From: Candidatus Bathyarchaeota archaeon
Lineage (GTDB): Archaea > Thermoproteota > Bathyarchaeia > Bathyarchaeales > Bathycorpusculaceae
NCBI GenBank assembly: GCA_963780185.1
Contig: CAWABA010000007.1
Coordinates: forward strand, 64,001-128,000
DNA length: 64,000 bases
Direction: 5' to 3'
The notes under the pieces were generated by a model. The model had not been told where the DNA came from. It saw only the letters and a program-made list of their open reading frames with translations, and did not search any database. Positions 29,534 through 38,953 of the stretch are shown one piece after another (positions within the stretch are counted from its first letter, which is position 1; each line of letters begins with the position of its first letter). The position numbers and the translations under genes are program-made.

Positions 29534-30100
29534 GTGAAATCCATGGTTAACCCGACAAGAGTAACAGTCGCCTTCGACAAAACCACAGCCGACCTGTTGG
29601 AAAGAATAAGCAAAGAATCAGAAGTCTCGCAGAGCGAAATCATGCGGCGCGCCCTAAAATTCTACAACGAAAACATGGCGCTCGAAGACCCCGCAGTAAA
29701 GAAAAAAATCCACGGCTACATGGATATGCTTCTAGGCGGCGAACACATAATCCTCGACGTTGACCACTGGCTCATGTTCCTAAGCCTCATTGCTTCCTCC
29801 CCTGAAAAAGAAAAGTTCTGGAGCGAACACAGAGAGTTAGCCAGAGCTCACTGGGAACAGCTAAAAACAAAGGTCCGCTCTCCCGAAGAAATGTTAACCC
29901 GCCTTGAAGTCTGCAACTTTTACCGCCTCACAAAAAACGCGCCAAACGACTACACGCTCGTTTTGGTTTCTGAGATGTCGAAGGATTTCATCAGGGTTTT
30001 CCTTGAAGAGTATTTCTCAGCCATGGGCGTCAAAGCGGAAATAAAAGAAAACCTAACTAAGCTTCGAGTTACCATAAAGCCTTCCTCGCCCAGAATATAG
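29534..30100 (+). CDS. RHH (CopG-like) transcriptional regulator
   Basis: RVTVAFD...SQSEIMRRAL followed by a second domain. Confidence 0.8.
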   Translation: MKSMVNPTRVTVAFDKTTADLLERISKESEVSQSEIMRRALKFYNENMALEDPAVKKKIHGYMDMLLGGEHIILDVDHWLMFLSLIASSPEKEKFWSEHRELARAHWEQLKTKVRSPEEMLTRLEVCNFYRLTKNAPNDYTLVLVSEMSKDFIRVFLEEYFSAMGVKAEIKENLTKLRVTIKPSSPRI

Positions 30101-30161
30101 GGTCCTCTTTCGCGCAAGCTTTTTACTTTCAATTTACTTAGCAGTAAGCAGGTGGAAACGG

Positions 30162-30311
30162 TTGAGTCTAAAACTGAAAGTTGACGGAAAAGAAATACCT
30201 CTAAACGAGTTCGTGGAAAAAATCATGAACGGAACAATAATTGGCGCGGTAACTTCCTTGCGCGGAATAAAAGATGATTGGAAAAAAATCGAGATAGAAA
30301 TCCAGAAATAG
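30162..30311 (+). CDS. 49-aa protein resembling the C-terminal domain of MobB-like proteins
   Basis: MSLKLKVDGKEIPLNEFVEKIMNGTIIGAVTSLRG...; below ORF cutoff. Confidence 0.65.
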   Translation: MSLKLKVDGKEIPLNEFVEKIMNGTIIGAVTSLRGIKDDWKKIEIEIQK

Positions 30312-30312
30312 T

Positions 30313-30879
30313 TTAGCCTTTGAATTCAACTGAGCTTTCTATTTCGGCAAACATTTCCTTTTTGGCTTTGCATATCGGGCAGACGTATGGCGGGTCCTCC
30401 CTGTATACTACGTAGCCGCATTGTTTGCAGTACCAAAGTTTCTTTTTGACCGCTGGCTGAGTTTTCGCTGCTTCGGCTGTGGCTGTCGCGGGTTTTTCTT
30501 GGTTTGCGGCAGATACTTGTTTGGATGGGGCTGCTTGGGATGCGTAGGCTCTTGCCATCTTTTCTGGGGGTCTTCGCTCTGGGACGTCGGGCAGGTTTTG
30601 GCTTTCGTAGACTTGTTTGTTGACGTAGAGTCGGCAGTAGCAGGAGCCGTATTGTGCGACGTCTGGGTCTCGGTAGTCGCAGGGGCAGATGATGTCGCGG
30701 TCGAATTCGAAGTTGCCTGAAGTTAGCCTGCAGGGGCACAGCGGGTAGCCGTAGCGGTCTTCGTTTATTTTTAAGCCTTCAAGGAAGCCTTGGCGCAAAT
30801 CGGGTTGAGGGGTCAGGTAGTACCCGTAGGTTTTTGCGTCTGCTTCGGCTCTTTTGCGGACTTCCTCAAGGCTGGTCAA
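30313..30879 (-). CDS. ferredoxin:thioredoxin reductase catalytic-like (FDR) protein with C-terminal rubredoxin domain
   Basis: CPCR, ICPC, CYC; CKQCGY...CPIC. Confidence 0.9.
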   Translation of the reverse strand: MTSLEEVRKRAEADAKTYGYYLTPQPDLRQGFLEGLKINEDRYGYPLCPCRLTSGNFEFDRDIICPCDYRDPDVAQYGSCYCRLYVNKQVYESQNLPDVPERRPPEKMARAYASQAAPSKQVSAANQEKPATATAEAAKTQPAVKKKLWYCKQCGYVVYREDPPYVCPICKAKKEMFAEIESSVEFKG

Positions 30880-31160
30880 ATTTCAAGTGCCTCTTTGAGT
30901 TTGTCTTTGCGGAAACCCGTAATCAAAACCTTGTCATCCACGATCGTAGTGGGGTAGCTAAGCATGCCGCCCATATTCTCGATTGTCTGATGGATTTTCT
31001 GCTTGTCTTTCTCGTCGGCTAAGTCAACGTCAACGTATTCGTATTCGATGTTGTTCTCGCTTAGGTACTGCTTTGTCATTTTGCACCAAACGCAGGTGCT
31101 TAAAGCATAGAGGAAAACTTTGTGCTTACTGTTTTTACCAGAAACCTTAGAAATATTCAT
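30876..31160 (-). CDS. glutaredoxin/NrdH-like protein
   Basis: LSTCVWC, SYPT, GF. Confidence 0.9.
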   Translation of the reverse strand: MNISKVSGKNSKHKVFLYALSTCVWCKMTKQYLSENNIEYEYVDVDLADEKDKQKIHQTIENMGGMLSYPTTIVDDKVLITGFRKDKLKEALEI

Positions 31161-31300
31161 GTCAAAACAACTCCTATAAACAGTTGCTTGAGGGGGAATA
31201 TAACTTTTTATATCAACTTCAAATCCAAAGTCACATTTTGGTTCTATTAGCTGTGTTTAAGGAACCCTATAGTTTGCTGCTTTTGAAAAGTAGGAAAATA

Positions 31301-31438
31301 CTCCATCATCATCTTCATCATCAACAACAACTGCACAGACCGCTTAGCTTAGATTTCTCGCAGATTTTCTTTTTTCGTCCCGGCTACCCCTACGGTTTCT
31401 TATAGGATCCAAATAGCCTCATCTAGCAGAGCCAAATA
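31301..31438 (-). repeat. dispersed repeat family 2, copy B (inverted)
   Basis: Reverse complement matches 16641-16752. Confidence 0.85.
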
Positions 31439-31480
31439 CACTCGGTTCCCGCCATTTTACACAAGTTTTGACTGTGAGGC

Positions 31481-32854
31481 TTAGGCTGGCTTGAGGTTGC
31501 CAAAAGCGTTCTGAACAACCTCTGACAGGGCAGGGTGAATATGCATGCCTTGGGCGATGGGAGCGAAGGTTCCAGTTTCAGAAACCATCGCGTTGACGAC
31601 TTCCTGAATCAGGATAGCAGCTTCGGGCCCAATGATGTGCCCACCCAGAATTTTGCCGTTTTCGGCGTCAACAATTACTTTTACGAATCCTTCTGGAAAA
31701 CCCATTGCAGCGCCCATCGCCGTATCCTGATAAAGAGCGGTTCCAACGTCAATTTTGGGGTGCAGCTGTTTGGCTTCGGCTTCTTTTAAGCCGACGGAGG
31801 CAACTTGCGGATGCGTGAAAACTGCGTGGGGCGCCGCTGCGAAATCCATGGGGACTTTGTGGTTGTGGATGGAGTTGTGCCAAGCTATCCCGGCTTCGAA
31901 GTTGGCTACGTGTTTGAACATTTGTTTGCCTATGGCGTCGCCGAAAGCCCAAATGTTTGGCTTGTTAGTTTCAAGGTACTCGTTGACTTTGATGAAGTTG
32001 TGCTCGTCAAGTTGCACGCCTGTCTTTTCAGGCTTCAAAACGTCAGCGTTAGACACCCTGCCCGTGGCAACCAGCACGGCTTCTGCGCTGAATTCGCGTT
32101 GGCTTCCGTCCGCGCGGTTTCTTGCAACAAGCGTTTTGGTTTGACCGTCTTGCTTGGCTTCCAAAACCTCAAAGCCCGTGAATATTTCCATACGCTCCTG
32201 CATCTCTTTCAAAAGTAAAGCGCTGATTTCGGGTTCTTCATCAGGCAGGACACGGTTGGGTCTTTGCAGCACTGTTGTTTTTGTGCCGATTCCTGCGAAG
32301 AAGTGACCGTACTCCATGCCGATGTAGCCTCCGCCCACAATCAGCAGGCTCGAAGGCGGCTTTTGCAGTTGCAGAACCGTGTCGCTTGTCAGGTAATCTA
32401 CTTTGTCTATCCCCTTGATTAGCGGCAGCCCATGCCGTGCTCCCGAAACGATAAAGATCTTGGGAGCTGTAATCGTGCGTTGACCGACCTGCAATGTGTA
32501 GTCGGAGATGAACTCTGCCTTTTCTTTGAGCCAAACAAGATTCGGCGTGGCGTCCACAGCTAAAGCCTGATGCCCAGAGTCCTCCTCAACCAACGCATGC
32601 ATCCTAGCCATGATGTTGCCAAAATCCACCGACTCCATCGATGCGTGAACGCCGAGCTTTCCTGCATCATGGATGGCGGCTATGACGTCGGAGGGGTAAA
32701 TCAGCATTTTAGACGGGACGCAGCCCACGTTTATGCATGTGCCGCCCATTTTTCCATGCTCAAGCAGCGCCACCCTTAACCCTAAGTCAACGGCGGCTGA
32801 AGCAACAAGCATGCCAGAACCTGAACCGATAACGATAACGTCAAACTGCTCCAT
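31481..32854 (-). CDS. class I pyridine nucleotide-disulfide oxidoreductase (dihydrolipoamide dehydrogenase/mycothione reductase-like)
   Basis: GSGSG, GGTCINVGCVPSK, GGGYIG, HPALSE. Confidence 0.9.
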   Translation of the reverse strand: MEQFDVIVIGSGSGMLVASAAVDLGLRVALLEHGKMGGTCINVGCVPSKMLIYPSDVIAAIHDAGKLGVHASMESVDFGNIMARMHALVEEDSGHQALAVDATPNLVWLKEKAEFISDYTLQVGQRTITAPKIFIVSGARHGLPLIKGIDKVDYLTSDTVLQLQKPPSSLLIVGGGYIGMEYGHFFAGIGTKTTVLQRPNRVLPDEEPEISALLLKEMQERMEIFTGFEVLEAKQDGQTKTLVARNRADGSQREFSAEAVLVATGRVSNADVLKPEKTGVQLDEHNFIKVNEYLETNKPNIWAFGDAIGKQMFKHVANFEAGIAWHNSIHNHKVPMDFAAAPHAVFTHPQVASVGLKEAEAKQLHPKIDVGTALYQDTAMGAAMGFPEGFVKVIVDAENGKILGGHIIGPEAAILIQEVVNAMVSETGTFAPIAQGMHIHPALSEVVQNAFGNLKPA

Positions 32855-32937
32855 AACAGAACCTCAAGCTACATTAGAATTTAGTACTGAATCAAATAAA
32901 TCTTTCAAGCCAAAAAACCGTAGAAAACGCGAGCCGC

Positions 32938-33760
32938 TCATTCTGGCTGAGACATATAGTTCAAATCGCCGTTCGGCTCAAAATCAGCAATCAAAACACT
33001 TTGCCCATTATTAGAACCGATCAACTGCAACGTAATACCATCACCACCTTCCAAACCTACAGTTAATGATAAAGCATCGATTTGCAGCACAGTTCCCGTT
33101 TTGTTTTGCGCTAGCTCCTAAAGCCCGGTTATAGAACCATTGTAGTCCTAAAGTGTCGATTTGTTGGATTGCTTGGTGCGCCGAGGACTGCCTGTAAGGA
33201 GTTGAAAACGATGGTGTTGCTTGATTTGTTCCAACCTGTACGTGGTACTGGTACCCTGCGCTAGCTGAATAACCATAATAGGTGTTGGAGTTTTGACCGT
33301 AAAAGCCGACGTTTATGCTTCCACCAGTGAATTCTGTGTTTAGCCAAATCATTTCAGGGTTTGTCTTGCCGTGCTCTGAAGTAAGTAAAGCGTAAGTTGG
33401 ACTCTTTTCAATTCCATCAATCAACTGAGCTAACGAAACATTAAGAACGCTGGGATACGCGATCGTGACACCTGAAGGAGCCGCTACGCCCGTTGCTGGG
33501 TAGCCTGCATTCCAAAGCATGTAACTTTCAATTGACGTGAAGCTTATGGCAAAAATCAGGGCGCCAATAATTATGTATTTCAATATTTTCTTAGTATATC
33601 CATGGGCAACCAGCCGAATAACTGTTGGAACCAAGATGGCGGCGACGGCGACGATTTTCACCCATGAGTTACTCAGCAACAAAATTGAACAGAACAATCC
33701 TGCCGCTGCAAGCAAGGCAATGATGATGTTTTGTAGGATTGCTTTTACGCCAGTCGACAA
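32938..33760 (-). CDS. membrane protein with extracellular domain (frameshift near 33118)
   Basis: 3 TM; after a frame change continues ELAQNKTG...MSQPE* to 32938. Confidence 0.6.
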
Positions 33761-33841
33761 TTAATTGCACCTTCACCATAAAACGGGTGCGGGTGATATA
33801 ATCCAATGTTTTTGTACAGTCGTACAAGACTATTGTACGCG

Positions 33842-34300
33842 TTAAATCGGCTTTTGCCTGACTATTCGGAGGCATTCATAAACCATAACTGCGATGACTG
33901 TAACGCCGAGTAGGATGGCAAATCCGCTGTCAAGGTTAACCACGAAATTTCCTTCGACCCAAGCAGCGGCAAGATAACAGGTCAGCATTGCAGAGAAAAG
34001 GACGGTGTAGAAGATGTATCTTGGCAGAAGCAAAGAGCCGAACTTAATAACCTGAGAAAGAGCACCCACCTTAACCTCTTTAGCAAGTGCGTATCCGTCA
34101 GAGTTTTTGACGACAAGCCCCAGGTTCTCTAGTTTCTCAAGATGGTATGCTGACAGGGTGGGGCTGGAAAACTCGAGTTTTTTCTGGACTTCCCTGGCGC
34201 CCATGGCTCTTTGATTCTCGACTAAGCAGAGGTAAACGCGCAGGGTGTTGCCTTTCAATTCGCTGAAGACCGTTAAATCATCTTGTTTTTCTGCGCTCAA
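33842..34300 (-). CDS. wHTH regulator with C-terminal TM helices
   Basis: LKGNTLRVY, GAREVQ..L.FSSPTL..YHLEKL, 2 TM. Confidence 0.8.
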   Translation of the reverse strand: MSAEKQDDLTVFSELKGNTLRVYLCLVENQRAMGAREVQKKLEFSSPTLSAYHLEKLENLGLVVKNSDGYALAKEVKVGALSQVIKFGSLLLPRYIFYTVLFSAMLTCYLAAAWVEGNFVVNLDSGFAILLGVTVIAVMVYECLRIVRQKPI

Positions 34301-34401
34301 GGTTGCTGCCTTGAGGACAGGTTAGGTTTCGTGATAGTTGTCTTTTTCTGTTCGTAACGTGGAAAGCTGTCGAGTTGTTTATACGGAAACTTTAAAAGCA
34401 A

Positions 34402-34437
34402 ATGTTAGAAATATATAACGTTAGAAATACACAACAT
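34402..34437. promoter_or_regulatory. candidate operator: GTTAGAAATA direct repeat downstream of TATA
   Basis: Copies at 34404 and 34420; TTTAAAA at 34391; operon ends in an XRE regulator. Confidence 0.5.
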
Positions 34438-34458
34438 TACTGAGAAGGTTAAAAACAA

Positions 34459-34749
34459 ATGAACCCAACAAACAACATCCCATTAGGAATCCCCAATGGC
34501 CAAAGCACTCCCGAAAAAAGTTGGCGCCGAAGATGGAGTCTCGGCTGCTACGGATTCTTGGGCTTCATCGGTTTTGAAGCGTTCAGAGCGGTCTCAAGCC
34601 ACAACCCGCTATTCTTGTTTATGTTCGGTTTCTTCAGCCTCTTCGGGCTATTTCAATATTGGAAAGAAGAACTCAAGTACCTGAGCGTCTTAGGCATCGC
34701 AGGCTTGTTAGCCCCAGCCCTCTGGGCGATAGGCGCTTTTAGGCTTTAA
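34459..34749 (+). CDS. small membrane protein (DUF3796-like)
   Basis: GFLGFIG, F-rich TMs. Confidence 0.6.
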   Translation: MNPTNNIPLGIPNGQSTPEKSWRRRWSLGCYGFLGFIGFEAFRAVSSHNPLFLFMFGFFSLFGLFQYWKEELKYLSVLGIAGLLAPALWAIGAFRL

Positions 34750-34764
34750 GAGGGGATTTGTAAG

Positions 34765-35112
34765 ATGGCAATAAAAATCAATGAACGCTACTTTGGCTTT
34801 CTTGGGTTCGCTGGCTTCGCAGGATTCATAAGCGGCAACTCAGTTTACTACATGTTTTTTATGTTATTTTTCTTCTTTGCCTTTGCAAGACCCAAAACAA
34901 AGCAGGGAACAGTTTTAAGCGATGAACGATGGGCTACAAACGTTACTAAGGCGTGTCGCAACGCATTTTTTGTTCTTCTAATCCCGCTGATGATAAGTAT
35001 TGCATTCTTCAGAAGCACCAATTACTTCCTGCTAGCGATAGAAGCCACGCCTATTGCAGCTTTGTTGGGCTTTGCTGCTTTCTTTGTTTACTATGATCTG
35101 AGGGGAGATTAG
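34765..35112 (+). CDS. DUF3796-like membrane protein
   Basis: [12 protein letters not shown]...N..KA.RNAF. Confidence 0.7.
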   Translation: MAIKINERYFGFLGFAGFAGFISGNSVYYMFFMLFFFFAFARPKTKQGTVLSDERWATNVTKACRNAFFVLLIPLMISIAFFRSTNYFLLAIEATPIAALLGFAAFFVYYDLRGD

Positions 35113-35132
35113 CTATACCGCTTAAGACTCGC

Positions 35133-35315
35133 ATGAAAGAGCTGAGAGAAAAGAACCATCTCACTCAGGAGCGGCTGGCGCAGAAAGTAGGTGTGAGACG
35201 GGAGACGATTCTTTTTTTGGAGAAAGGCAAGTATAATCCTTCGCTGAAGCTGGCTTACGATATAGCCAAAGTGCTAGATGCCAAGATAGAAGACGTTTTT
35301 GTCTTTGAAGATTAA
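35133..35315 (+). CDS. XRE-family HTH regulator
   Basis: [27 protein letters not shown]. Confidence 0.92.
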   Translation: MKELREKNHLTQERLAQKVGVRRETILFLEKGKYNPSLKLAYDIAKVLDAKIEDVFVFED

Positions 35316-35378
35316 GCTTGCTCCGAGGAGCTGTGAAAGCTTTTATGCGAGTTATGGGTAACATGATTGAGGGTTTTC

Positions 35379-35486
35379 ATGGCAAAAGCAGCAAAACCAG
35401 CGAAATTGACAAAGGCAGAAGAAGAAAAGAAAAAGAAAGCCTACTACGCTAAGAAAGAGAAAAAAGCTAAAGAAGTTAAGAAATAG
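35379..35486 (+). CDS. 35-aa Lys/Ala-rich basic peptide
   Basis: MAKAAKPAKLTKAEEEKKKKAYYAKKEKKAKEVKK; TTTTAT box and GAGGG upstream, T-run downstream. Confidence 0.6.
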   Translation: MAKAAKPAKLTKAEEEKKKKAYYAKKEKKAKEVKK

Positions 35487-35662
35487 CTTTTTAGCTTAGA
35501 ACTTTGGCAGAGCTTTCTCGTCTTGGATAGTGTTGATGCTATTTAACTCGCATTTGGTTAGGTACAACCATCTTTCACGATGCGTCAGGGAGAAACCGTG
35601 GAAGTATCTGAACACGTGATTTTGGTTTTTGTTGAAAAAGCTCTTATGTAAATCAGGAGTAT

Positions 35663-36931
35663 TTGCCAACAGGTGGAAACGCGGTAAAACTTTCGCTTCA
35701 TTATCGTGAGATAATATGTTTAGTCGTGCTGCTTCTCGCGGCTTTTCTAGTCAGGTTTGTGCTGTTTCCTCTTCCTGGTTACGACTTTGACATGTTAACA
35801 TTTGCATCGTGGATTGCCACTGCTACTGACCGCGGAATAAGACCGTTCTACGACCTTGTGAGTTGGTGCGATTATCCACCCTTTAGCATTTACGTTTTCT
35901 GTTGCTTTGGAAACTTGGCGAAGGTGTTTGGATTTTACACGATGTCAAACATCTACAGCGTAGTAAAGTTCATTCCTAGTTTTTTCGATTTGGCAACAGC
36001 AAGTCTGATTTATTTTTTTGTAAGAAAGCAGTTGAGTTTCAAACTCACCTTGGCAACTGTGGCTCTCTACGCTTTTAACCCAGCAGTAATATTTAACTCG
36101 GCAGTGTGGGGGCAGTTTGATGCGGTATACACTTTCTTTCTGGTCCTGTCGCTTATGCTTGTGCTTAAAGGTAAACCCAAACTTTCCGCAGCTGTCTTTG
36201 CGTTGGCTGTTTTAACTAAGCCGCAAGCCATCGCTTTAGCACCTCTCATTGCTTTTTTGATTTACAAGAGGAATGGGTTGAAGAATCTTGGTTTCTCGTT
36301 GGGTGTGTTTGCTCTGAGTGTTTTTGAGGTTATTTTGCCTTTTAACTGGACCAATCCTGCAACTTTCTTAACCCACATCTATTTTGGGGCATACAGCGGC
36401 TTCAAATACACTTCAGTAAACGCCTTCAACATTTGGGCTCTAATCGGCTTCTACAAGCCCGATGGAAACCTCTTCATCTTAGGCTGGGGGCTGTTTGCAG
36501 CATTAGCAGTTTTCATATTGTATGTACTCAATAAACGCGATAATGCTTTGAATGACTCGCTCGCCGTGTTCAGCGCTTTCCTACTCTTATTCGGTTTCTT
36601 TATGTTGGAAACCAGGATTCATGAGCGCTATCTGTTTCCAGCTATAACCATGTTGGCTTTAACACTTCCATTCATGAAGAAGAAAACTTGGCCAATCTTT
36701 GCCGTTTTATCAGGCACCCTTTATCTTAATCAAGCATACATTTTGTACTTCCTCAACGGTCATCTGCGTATTCCGAACAGGAATTGGGTTGATTTATCGG
36801 CTATCATTATCAATATTTTAACGTTTGTTTACTCTTTGGTTTTGCTGCTCACTTATGCAAGAAAGATCAACTTCAGACCCAAGGTTTGGCTAGCCAGGCA
36901 TCTACAACATAGTGGCAATAGCAATCTTTGA
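35663..36931 (+). CDS. GT-C membrane glycosyltransferase (GT87-like)
   Basis: DYPP, FNPA..FNSAVWGQFD, TKPQ, HERY. Confidence 0.85.
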   Translation: MPTGGNAVKLSLHYREIICLVVLLLAAFLVRFVLFPLPGYDFDMLTFASWIATATDRGIRPFYDLVSWCDYPPFSIYVFCCFGNLAKVFGFYTMSNIYSVVKFIPSFFDLATASLIYFFVRKQLSFKLTLATVALYAFNPAVIFNSAVWGQFDAVYTFFLVLSLMLVLKGKPKLSAAVFALAVLTKPQAIALAPLIAFLIYKRNGLKNLGFSLGVFALSVFEVILPFNWTNPATFLTHIYFGAYSGFKYTSVNAFNIWALIGFYKPDGNLFILGWGLFAALAVFILYVLNKRDNALNDSLAVFSAFLLLFGFFMLETRIHERYLFPAITMLALTLPFMKKKTWPIFAVLSGTLYLNQAYILYFLNGHLRIPNRNWVDLSAIIINILTFVYSLVLLLTYARKINFRPKVWLARHLQHSGNSNL

Positions 36932-36958
36932 CTGATTATTTTAATTTCTTGCTGAGCC

Positions 36959-37720
36959 CTAAAGAAATTTCGGTAAGGCTCTCTTGTCGTAGATGGGGTC
37001 GAAGACCGTTAGCTCGTCTTTTGTTAGTGGCAACACGACTCTGGACACCAACCCGTTTAGGCTGTAGGGGAGTCGTATGAGACGCATTTCCCCAGAAGTG
37101 ACCCACTCGTCAATGTGAAAGCCCGCCTTCTTAACCTGCTGCGCAAGCTCAAGCCTTTCCGCAGGGCTTAACTCGTAAGCATGCGCATCTAAAACGTGCA
37201 GATGAAAGCCTCTGCCTGAATAAACAGCCCGAACATCTGAGAAACGCACAGAAAGAAAATCCCAAAGCCCTACCGCTTCCTGCTGAACCATCTGCAACTC
37301 CAAATCGCAGAAGCTCAAACCCTGCTTCCTCTTCATTTTATCCGCCAAGCTGCCGTGGATTGGGCACGTGATGTTTTCTGGGTCAAGGTCAAAGGCAAGT
37401 TCCTGTCCCGTTTTGGCGCCGCCTTTGTCGTATACGTTGCGGTCGTAGTAGACGGCTTCGGGTAGAAACTCGAGGATTTGCTGGCGCACATCTTCCAAGC
37501 TTGAGTACTCGTCGACAATTATTGTTGTGGAGGCGTCTTTTTTGTATTTTTCAGGGTAAATTTTTGTGTGCCTGCCCATGATGACTGCAAATTTGACTCT
37601 GCCCGGTTGGTTGCTGAGCCATTGCGAGACGGCTTGCAGGTTAAATTCTGAAGTGTAAAACTGTTTTCTCTCCTCTAAAGAGGCGTATCTCATGCCAGCA
37701 GGCAAAGAATATTGAACCAT
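36959..37720 (-). CDS. short PriS-like archaeo-eukaryotic primase domain protein
   Basis: ELAFDLD, YSGRGFH, RLIRLPYSLNG; CPIH..C; real start ATG 37720. Confidence 0.85.
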   Translation of the reverse strand: MVQYSLPAGMRYASLEERKQFYTSEFNLQAVSQWLSNQPGRVKFAVIMGRHTKIYPEKYKKDASTTIIVDEYSSLEDVRQQILEFLPEAVYYDRNVYDKGGAKTGQELAFDLDPENITCPIHGSLADKMKRKQGLSFCDLELQMVQQEAVGLWDFLSVRFSDVRAVYSGRGFHLHVLDAHAYELSPAERLELAQQVKKAGFHIDEWVTSGEMRLIRLPYSLNGLVSRVVLPLTKDELTVFDPIYDKRALPKFL

Positions 37721-37825
37721 AACAACCACTGAACAAATTGGCAGCCGACCAAAAAAGGTTTTATGCAAACCCCCTTCAGAAACCCTAATATTTAGCGCTT
37801 TAATGCTGTTTATTGGTGAAATTTT

Positions 37826-38140
37826 TTGCCTATTGACCCGGATTTTCAAACAAAACGCCAAGTTGTCGGCGAACATAATGGACATAAAGTTTGGGGACCC
37901 GTAATAGCTCCTCAAAGACTGGGAATTCATGGAACCACAAGTGCGGTGGATTGGGATAGCTGCGTTGGAGACGGCGTATGCATCGACGTTTGTCCCGTTT
38001 CGCTGTATGATTGGGCTGAATCGCCCGGGCATCCGCTCTCTGAACGCAAATCTGACCCCGCCCGTGAAAACGACTGTATACAGTGCCTTGCCTGCGAAAT
38101 GCAGTGTCCAGCTCAAGCCATAAAAATTACGCCGCATTAA
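37826..38140 (+). CDS. zfx: zinc-containing 7Fe ferredoxin
   Basis: IDPDF..RQVVGEHNGHKVWGP..LGIHGT, CxxDxxCxxxCP and CxxCxxCxxxCP as in Sulfolobus Zfx. Confidence 0.88.
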   Translation: MPIDPDFQTKRQVVGEHNGHKVWGPVIAPQRLGIHGTTSAVDWDSCVGDGVCIDVCPVSLYDWAESPGHPLSERKSDPARENDCIQCLACEMQCPAQAIKITPH

Positions 38141-38214
38141 GCGGCGCCCTGTTTGTTTTAGATTAACAAGTATTATATTAGCAAACGCGCCAAATAGTGC
38201 ATTGGGCACCGTCT

Positions 38215-38874
38215 ATGAGTAACGAATCAAAAGGCAAGGTCATTGCGGTTCTGCCAGCTGACGCCTCAGCAAAAACCACCGATGTAGTTGAAGAAATAAT
38301 TTCCTGCATAATGGAATCGGGCGAAGTTGACGTTGTAGGGGTAGGCGACGGGATTTTTCTGGCTTGTTCAGCCGTGAACATGGCGTCGGAAATCGCCAAA
38401 GTCTACGTTGAAGACATCTACATTGGAAACCTGGAAGCGCCAAAACTCGGCAAAGCAGCCGCCATCTCCGTGCATCTGGGGCAAAAACAAATCGGGGACT
38501 ACGCTCAAGCGGCAGAGCAAGAGGAGAAAGGGTTTGAAGATGTCGAGGAGCAAACCGTCAGCGTAAGCAGAGCGGCAACTATGGAGCGACTGCTCACTAT
38601 TGGTCTTTTGAGGCTTGCAAAATTTGAAAAAATCAGAATCGTCGCTGCAGGAGGCTCAATCAACGACGCCGTCGCACTCGCGTTGAGGCTGACTACGGGG
38701 CAGATATCCAAAGATGAAGTAGGCACCAAGCTCGTGCACCTGTACGCCATCAAAATGAGAAACGAACCCACAAAAAGCATAGCCGCCGTATCCATCTACC
38801 TACAAAAAGGGTTATCAACCATCTATAGCAAAAGGCAAAAAGACCTGCTTAAAAGCCTAGAAAGTGGAAACTAA
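38215..38874 (+). CDS. protein with two tandem Alba-like domains
   Basis: EVDVVGVGDGIFLAC..AISVHL and KIRIVAAGGSINDAV..AVSIYLQK echo Alba motifs. Confidence 0.6.
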   Translation: MSNESKGKVIAVLPADASAKTTDVVEEIISCIMESGEVDVVGVGDGIFLACSAVNMASEIAKVYVEDIYIGNLEAPKLGKAAAISVHLGQKQIGDYAQAAEQEEKGFEDVEEQTVSVSRAATMERLLTIGLLRLAKFEKIRIVAAGGSINDAVALALRLTTGQISKDEVGTKLVHLYAIKMRNEPTKSIAAVSIYLQKGLSTIYSKRQKDLLKSLESGN

Positions 38875-38953
38875 CGTTTTTTCAATTTTGGTTAGGAAAG
38901 GAAAGAGTTGGGAAATCCGCAAAAAAACGCGGAAAATCATTTTGTTTTTATTT

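Noticed and set aside
31184-31405. His/Gln-rich 73-aa ORF
   Set aside because: It is a translation of the CAT/CAA triplet tail of repeat family 2
36959-38209. 416-aa primase ORF with long N-terminal extension
   Set aside because: The extension is antisense to the zinc ferredoxin; the plausible start is ATG 37720
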